Shown in pieces: positions 55,796 to 64,000 of a stretch of 64,000 bases of DNA. Position 1 is the first letter of the stretch. Each line of letters starts with the position of its first letter. The notes beneath the pieces were generated by a model, which saw nothing but the letters and a program-made list of their open reading frames with translations, was not told where the DNA came from and searched no databases. The position numbers and the translations under genes are program-made. Source of the DNA: Lineus longissimus (Eukaryota); the NCBI RefSeq assembly GCF_910592395.1, contig NC_088308.1, forward strand, positions 372,001 to 436,000, given 5' to 3'.

Positions 55796-55810
55796 CTGAG
55801 AGAAAGGAAT
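55796..55810 (-). promoter_or_regulatory. Probable splice acceptor 12 nt upstream of the GPCR ATG
   Basis: Minus strand reads ATTCCTTTCTCTCAG|GTTGAGTTCTCAATG: pyrimidine tract, CAG|G. Confidence 0.65.
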
Positions 55811-58800
55811 CCACTTATAACCAACACAAAATAAATCTATCTAGACTATCATTTAAGACCTACATAATTCTAATATCGATATTAACAATGGCTCCCTACA
55901 AAACCTACTTCTACATTACTTCTACATTCTCAAAAGTATAGATAACGTGACACTACTACTTCATTTAAACCGATTTTCCTAAAACTAGTTGAACTACATT
56001 TACATGTCACTAGGCCTATACCTTGATAAAATTACCTAATTATAGTTTAAATCCAATTCACGTCCTACAACAATCCTCACTGCAAAAGTGCCAAATATTC
56101 GCGGAGCTTTATTTTCGACTTATTATATATTAAGAGTAACCCCGATTCACGAAAAATCTCGAGATATAATTTTTTTCTAAATTTTAAGAATTTGTTATAC
56201 ACCAAAATAACGATCGCGAAAATTATTTTTGAAAAAAGAAATCTTAATTCGAAAAATGGATAAGAGCAAAAGTCTGCCCGTTTTCAGAATCATACTTCCT
56301 AAATCATATCATTAATGTTCCATGTGGGGTAGTATGACACTCACATAAACATCAACCAAGTAAATCATGGATCGTGATTCCATTCTAATTTCCGGGGCGG
56401 ATTTCAAACTGGCTTGAAGAGGCAATGACCGAATGATGGAACGAAGACTTTTGATGGACGCCGATCGAATGCCCAGGTGGTCGAGTGGATAGAAGAAACG
56501 TTGAAAGGTTAACGTGATATTGCAATTATCGACGTATCAAGCTGGTCAAAGGGACATCCACAGTAGGCCAAGTGGATTGTATAGGACACCAGAGTACTCG
56601 TGTGCAACAACCATCGAAATTCTAGGAATATATATATTCATGAAAGTTTAACTAAATTGACCGATTTTCTGTTTTGAGACAAAACTGCATAGTGATATGT
56701 CGTATACACGCAGCTGCTGTCAAAACATAGGCCTCTAAATAACTTATGAAAGCTAACATGCTAGAACTTTAGCTGACGTATACAACTGAAACGTAAGTCA
56801 TATTGGGCCTATATTCGAGGAGCTTTGATGGTCTACATCCTTTGAACCATTTCCTTTATCGACACTCTGGAGACCAGTAGTAGTGATCGGAACTCATGAA
56901 TCATCTTAGCCCACAACAGAAAAGTCCACCAGCACATCAAAGATATGGTATCCGATTTCTCATCGGGGTAATCCTCTCTGGACCCCATACGTCATGATCA
57001 CATCTCTATTTGACCAGATAATTATGCTTTCAATGACTGATCTGACTTTGAACTCGGGCTATTATCAAGGAATGTCAATTTCAAAGCTACCTTGTCTGGT
57101 ACGCAAAGGGACAATACTTGACAAATCAGTGAGGTAATGCAACCATGATTTGAGATGGTTCATGAAATGGATAAGTCAATGTGTGTCTTTCAGCGGATGG
57201 AGATTCTAAAGTGAGGTATCCATCTGCTTTGTTATCCCAGTTTCCTTTTAGCGAATCAATTACAGAATCTCATTACTGACCTTTGCCAAATTGTGTAATG
57301 CTAGAGTTAATATGATGCCGCTCGTCAATACTTTCATTTCACTGCCTGCGGTTTGGATGAGAACAAAATAAAGCGAACGCAAAATTAAAACTGCAAGTTG
57401 GAGTTAGTCTACTTCCTTTTACAATTGTTCATTTACAAATCGCTTTCAACAAGCCGATTGTGGACCCTTAAAATTTAAGCTGAATTAAGATCAGGTATTT
57501 ACACTCTCATCTCATGTTCGTCTTCCATTCTCTTCATTCATCCAACCAAGTCCTCATATAAGCCAAATCCTAGCAACTCAATGACACCCAGCAACAACAA
57601 TGATCCATCCAGGTATCTAACAATGGCTGATCATGGCAGTCTTAGTTGTCAATTTCCTTTACCGGCTTCGAAAGTAACATTTTGTGAGCGCCTAGCACCA
57701 TGATTACTGGTCTTCTTCGCGAAATAATTATACGTTTTCTGCTGTGATTAATCTGACTTTGACCGGTCGGTATCAATGGCTGGTCTATTCGGGTATGTTT
57801 GATTGCGGGTGGTATGAATCTATGCCTGTAATCTGTGGCTAGATCAAAGAAAGAGAAAAATGGTGGTTTTTGATACTCCCAAATATATTCTCATCGTACA
57901 TATTTTGTATAGGGAGTTGTCGCTTTGTAAGCTGAAATGTATCCTGACGGCTTGGTTAGTACAAACATGAAAAGTCAAACAAACATAACTCATGATAGTA
58001 TCCAGTCAGTGATACGACTGCTTCGTAATCCCTATCTCAGTACTTGATCTTGGAGCAATGCAGGCATCTATCTTCGTAAAGATTCAAACATTTTACGGGA
58101 TTAGCTGGTGCAACATCAAGCTCCAGTGAATGAAGTAGACCACTAAATGTCAGCCTCAGCTCATAAGCTCATTAGTTAAACTCTTCATACCAAATTGCTC
58201 AAGATATAGACACTTGTCCAGATGTTCACTATACACTCAGTGGATGATCGAGCCTATTTCAAACTCAGGACAGGTTTAATCACCGTTCAGTATTTCAGTT
58301 CCGTTAGGGATGATCATTCTTGCTGGTGGGCTTGTTATTTTTACTTGCACCTTTGAAAAGCAATGAGATCCCTAATTCCACCAATTCATTTATTTCCTAT
58401 ATGGAATACGATTCGGAAGCAACTGAGGTGGGGGGGGGGGGGGTCTTATCTGCAATGAAATTAAATGGCGTTTGCCAATATCCACTAGATCGTCCATTTT
58501 TATAAACTGAACACGAATATAATTGCGAAATTCAGTGTTGGATCAAATATTCCATGTCATTCTTTTTACAGCCATGTGGCCAATTATGCGAGTGTGTGCC
58601 AACGGAAGTTTGATTGGTACGAAAGGTGATATTTTGGCACAGATTACACGTGACCTCTAAGCTACCACAACAGAGTAAGGTCATTATCATGTTTAATGAC
58701 GTCGTTATTGTGAGAACCAATCAGATGTTCGCAATTGGAACTTGGTGCGTTTGAGAATTGGCAGACATTGAGTGATCCTCGATTACTACCTTGAGTAAAA

Positions 58801-60311
58801 GAAGGTCGAGAGTGAAAATCATGTTAAGTCCCAGTGCCATCTGGCAATTACGCTTTTTATCACAGGCCTCGTTTGTAGAAACAAACCGTATCGGGAAAGC
58901 GTCGCTTGTCATTCGTAGCCTTCAAATCAGTTTTCTAGAACAGCAACTGGTGTAGGACGTTTACGACAGGGCCTCTTGTATGCACTCGTTTGAGTGCTTG
59001 ACAGTACAGATGGTGTACATTGTTGAAATCTACTTAACGATATAATTGATTTCTCCACATAACATGTCACCGAAATATAGTATTGTACCATGAAGTACTT
59101 GTTTGGTAAAACCAGTGTCCACTTCTGGCTGTGAACAGGTGACCATTCACAACAATAGGCAATGTAAACATTCAACTCTGCTGAAGATGAAGCAAGTTTC
59201 GAATTGAACATCATATGATATTTTTCGTTATCTTTGCAGCTTCTGTCGCCGAGTCCAGTGGGTCGGCGTCTCGGCTTACGGGCGTTTCTTCACCTTGCTA
59301 TCAGCCCGGTCTTATAACTTGTCTGCTAATAACAAAGTCGTCATTCGCCTTGCTCCCCACCCATTCGACTAAATGTATGCTTATCGAGAGCACTTCTCGC
59401 CAGCTCTACTAAAAAGGGTGTCAGAAGTCAAACAACTCAATTATTTTACTGATTGGTTGCAACAGGTAAGAATTACCCGCAGGAAACGAATATCTTTGCT
59501 TAGAATCCCACCCATTGCCTTAAGTGTTCGGAAATAAGTACATTCGGGTTATAGAAAAAAACGGAGCAGCGGTAACAGGAGAGACAGAACCATCTCCGCA
59601 AATGAATGGTTTGCTCAATATCAGGCTGGTGCCCTATAATAATGGTATTATGCGATGTTTTTATAGAAGGTCATGTTCATTTGTGCAAGGACTGCTGAGC
59701 ACCTTGGATAAAGATAGAGTCGAGATAACACGAATGCCTCCCGGATTTTACTAAAGGGTCACTCGATCATTCACACTGACCAATGTCGTATGCAAGGGAA
59801 AAGTTAAAAACTTCCCTGGTCGTTTGTGGGTTTCGAATGTCAGTGCTATTTACTTATCGATGACAGAGTAGAATGTTCTGACTATGGCCGAGCAAATGAT
59901 TCTGACAGATCGCCAATATACACATAATCTGTACACACAATCCAAGCACGCCACTCGTAACGATTGAAATTGGAATTGTGTAGGACATAGTTAACTCCGC
60001 TGATCAGTCAGCTCGTCTCTTCATTAATTTTCCAATTACCAGAAGTGGCACTCTGATACACTAAAAAGTGTTAATGAACTACCTGTTAATGACTGAAGGA
60101 AGCATATTACGTTGAATAGCTAAAAGGCCCGAGGATAATACGTACGATTCGTACGGAGAATCATTGTATTATGAGGACCACCACTTAGGTTAGTCGTGTT
60201 CGTCACGAGATGACTCGATGTTAGCTCCGTCCATTATGGGTTGCTAAAATGTGCCTTGGCTTTCACCCATTGGTCTCAATATCTCTGGAATCAGAGTAAC
60301 TTACCAGTTCC

Positions 60312-60469
60312 ATGCAGTGTTTTAATTACGGTGGTATTTTATTAGTAAGATGCAATGTAATGTTTTATCCAGTCTCTGTAGTAAGCAGTTTGTATTCTTT
60401 TATTGTCTGTACACGTTTTGTATTCTTCTGTTATGGAGGTCAATTAAGTATTATCATTATTATTATTAT
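60312..60469 (+). mobile_element. Possible retroelement 3' UTR ending in an (ATT)n tail
   Basis: T-rich segment ending CAATTAAGTATTATCATTATTATTATT, directly before the RT fragment; no coding evidence. Confidence 0.35.
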
Positions 60470-60506
60470 ATCCCCAGGCTACCACAGCTGGTTGGTTAAG
60501 ACGGCC

Positions 60507-60890
60507 GTGTCGAGGGGGATCAGGCAGGGCAGTGTGTTGTCCCCTATGCTGTTCAATATTTTTCGAGATGGTCTTCTTGGTACCTTGGCTAACATGAGCG
60601 ATGGGCTCTGATTCGGTGATTCGCTGTACAACTCATTTGCCTATGGAGATGATGTAACCCTTTTAGGTGCCACTGTGCCTGGCCTGCAAAGGCTTATTGA
60701 TGTTTGCCCCGACTATTGCACTCCGGGATCCGACACCCACCACATGGCATGCCAGCTGCTAAAAGTTAATTTCTAGATTGTTTTTACTCATATCTTATAC
60801 ATGACTGATCGATTTTATGTATTTAAACTGTCTTGCACTGAATTTTTAATCTTCCCTAAATTTGGGGGTTAATAAATATCTATCTATCTA
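60507..60890 (+). pseudogene. Truncated, internally deleted non-LTR retrotransposon: RT fragment plus 3' tail
   Basis: Frame reads VSRGIRQGSVLSPMLFNIF...GL*FGDSLYNSFAYGDDVTLLGATVPGLQRLIDVC: QG..LSP.LF motif and YxDD with an in-frame TGA at 60609-60611; stop at about 60756; AATAAA plus (TATC)n tail at 60871-60890. Confidence 0.88.
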
Positions 60891-61964
60891 CATGTATTTA
60901 CCTATCTATAAGAGTTTTATGTGACATTGAGTTTCGACTAAGGCTGACTAAAGTGATGGCTCGATTCATACCTTCATATCATACAATAACAACTGGGTTA
61001 TTCACACAATCATGCTCTCTTATTTCAGACCTTGTCTTGAACAAGGTCACAGAAAGGTATAATACAGTCACCTGCCGAGTTCTATGTAACAATGAGACCT
61101 ATTTCTTGCAAAACATTTGATGCAGTTCTTATAAAACATGTCTGATGTTGTAATATCAACATAAAAAGAGAGGAGAGTAAATGAGAAAGAGGAGATTTTA
61201 CAGGACCTCTATGTTTTGAAAACCTATAAATCAAGTAAATATTTGCTAGACTGAGTATGTGGTAACCGACAGGTGTTTGAAACGATCTCGGCCGCGATTT
61301 AGCACCTAACATTTCTGTAGAGCTGCTAAAGTATCTTTTTTTGTCTACCTTAGCATTTTGTAAACGGATCTGTTAACAAAATGAAAACAGAACCCGAACT
61401 TGCTGAGATGAATTGCATTCCTGCTTGCAAGGGTTGTAAACCTAGGTGTTTAGTTTACCTTCAGGAAAGTACATACTGCACTGGAGTTAGATCACATATC
61501 AATGTGAAAAAAAATTGAAATAATGTTTTGGCACCACTACCTGCATTGGGCACATCTAAAGAACTACCTACTTTAGTTATAAGGCCTAGCTTATTCAATC
61601 GATGCCTAGCTACCAGCACACTAACAATATTCCTACACTTATTCCTAATGATAAAGGCAAAACATACTAGTAAATGAATTTGAAATGAAGAAATCGTCGT
61701 GCCATGTTTACAAACCTGTATGCCATATCCTTCAAAATGAAAACACACTAGAATCCTTTCGAAGCAAAGTATTCCAAAACAACAATCACAAATCGATATA
61801 ACATGTGCAACACCTCTGCATTTCAGCTGACATGGGGCTGCATCAGCGACATGAAATCCTTCCTGTAATACAAAACTTCACAGTTCGAAACTTTAGAAAG
61901 CTGATTGTTTCGAATTCGAAACCAATGAAGCGGCCAAAAATATCACGATTTTTTTCATCAGCAA

Positions 61965-62121
61965 AACACTTTCCAGTTGTTACAATAGAAGAACACTTTC
62001 CAGTTGTTACAATAGAAGAACACTTTCCAGTTGTTACAATAGAAGAACACTTTCCAGTTGTTACAATAGAAGAACACTTTCCAGTTGTTACAATAGCAGA
62101 ACACTTTCCAGTTGTTACAAT
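61965..62121. repeat. 27 bp minisatellite, about 5.8 units
   Basis: AACACTTTCCAGTTGTTACAATAGAAG repeated, with one A>C variant. Confidence 0.97.
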
Positions 62122-64000
62122 CAATATCCGCTGTTCCCTGTTTAAAATCCTTTTATTTGTTTTTAAGTGAAGATCACATTACACCATGGAGTTGATGTAC
62201 CTAGCACCGACATTGAATAGAAAATTATGACATGATGCCATTAAGAGCCAAGGATTTCCATTGAGGATGACTAGGAGCGCACGTGGTCGGAGCTCGCCTC
62301 TCCCGACAACCGCTGACGTCGCTTTCTCCTTGCCCTGCCAGACGTCAGTTTTTCGTTTGAGTCGCTTCCGCGGTATCTGTAACAATCACCAGCGACTGCA
62401 TTGCGAGTGAAAACATGACTCGATCTAACATTAATCACTGCAGTTGCATTCTCTGTTTGCATAATGGGACTCTTATCATTTCTATAAGACGGCAAAACTT
62501 CTAAGGCATCCACTGCCTACATCCTTAACAAAGACGCAAAAATGTCACGACAAGAAAAGGTTATGTGGCACTATGATAACTTGAATAGTGTATTTTTGAG
62601 TTCTGCTGATATAAATGGCATGAAAACACTGAAGCATGCAGCCTCTGAATGAGTGTCGCTGTGCATTGAGTGTCTAGAACATATTCTTTAAACTTTATTA
62701 TTCTGCATCAGAACCAGCAAGTTCTTGCCTCACCGGTTAAGAGCAGTACATAGTCAAACAGGTTGAAACTGTTCTCTTTTTAAAGCGGCACCTCTGGACA
62801 TTGATCGAGTTGCGTATTGATTGGGTAGGTGCTGATCATCTTTAATTCTGGCAGGATTCACTCAATGTATCCAAGAGACATGATATGCCTACTTTTAATT
62901 TGCTTGATCCACAAAGGGCGTGGTCCTCCAAAGCATCCAAGGCATCCAAACTGGTGTTTTACAGCCTGAGAGCAGCGCTTTGTGATCAGCTCTGAACAGG
63001 TTTGGAGTAACAAAGACGACGATATTGCAAACGTTTTAACTGTTTCGTCTCTGACATTAAACTTGAAATACATAGTTCCTATTGAATCACACGATGTGAC
63101 CTACAACCCATGCTCTTCATAATTCCCCACTTCAATGACATTTCAGGCAAAAATTAACAGAATGCATGCAACTGCTTAACAAACATCGAGAAAACGGATC
63201 AATCGTCCAGGATTGCCTCAACCACATAAACATTTTGGGAAGGAGTTTTCTCGATGTCAAATTTGTTAATTAGTAGTAGTTAGAAAGTGTTTGGCATATT
63301 AATAAATCACGAATGTTAATAATGATTACCAATAGTGACACCTGCAAGTGTGTGGTAAATCAGACTGGGAGTCTTTGCAAGATTATTGCCTACTGGGTGA
63401 CAATCAAACTTGTCAAATCTATTCGCCGGTTTCATCTCATGGCCAACAATGATCATAGCACATCGAATCGTCACGTGCGAATGGAAATGTGCAGTAGACT
63501 GGCTTGGCGCCACTCTACGAATGTCAGCTCATTTCGTCAGCCTCGGCGGACTAATATGCAGTCTCACATAAAGGGACATGAGATGCTGATGGTAAGGTCG
63601 TCGAGACACGTCATGTTTACACCATGTCCTGGTTAGCAGGAGGAGACGCACAACATTTTATGAGTATCTAGTGTGAGACAGTGGTTATATGGAACCTTTT
63701 ATTATCTTACATCTAACAATAAACGGCTTCGTATATGCCATACCGGATGGAACGCAAGTCTGCTACCCTCCTTAGGCCTTTCCCAAAAATATCAATACAA
63801 GAGACAAATATGACAAAGATGACCAAGGTGAGGGTAGTAGGTAGTTTGTCGATTAGCTCCTTGCCTGTGCTAATGTCAACGCCACGCCACTTAGCTGCAA
63901 GTGGTAGGTGACTGATCGTATTTGATAAAGTTACGGGAACAAGCTGACTATGCCCTCGGGGAAAAGGTATTCGGCCGTGTCCTGGCTTACGTGGTCACCA

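Noticed and set aside
56471..56492. tRNA-like 5' end GCCCAGGTGGTCGAGTGG
   Set aside because: No B box or cloverleaf downstream.
61805..62170. Repeat-protein ORFs (EEHFPVVTI and IVTTGKCSS repeats)
   Set aside because: Artefact of a 27 bp unit divisible by three; no gene structure.
63958..63976. Similarity to the satellite junction (GGGGAAAAGGTATTCGGCC)
   Set aside because: Only about 17 nt with two indels and no convincing extension.

Overview
Eukaryotic, intron-rich DNA, most likely from a protostome invertebrate (inferred from the receptor family). One minus-strand gene dominates the window: a class A neuropeptide GPCR that best resembles leucokinin/lymnokinin receptors. I assembled its CDS by hand from four exons with canonical GT-AG junctions and consistent phases: 55783-55019, 4250-4150, 3133-3043 and 1143-931, giving 389 aa. 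The TM7 exon is missing from the ORF track. The first coding intron is about 50.8 kb. A splice acceptor 12 nt upstream of the ATG implies another upstream exon that I could not locate. The rest is non-coding: a TA-flanked MITE, a tRNA-like SINE head, LINE remnants, a 10 x 140 bp satellite with a hairpin in each unit, a nested 690 bp duplication and several minisatellites. I found no prokaryotic-type system. The more exotic candidates (antisense peptide exon, pre-miRNA-like hairpin, hammerhead-like motif) are speculative and scored low.
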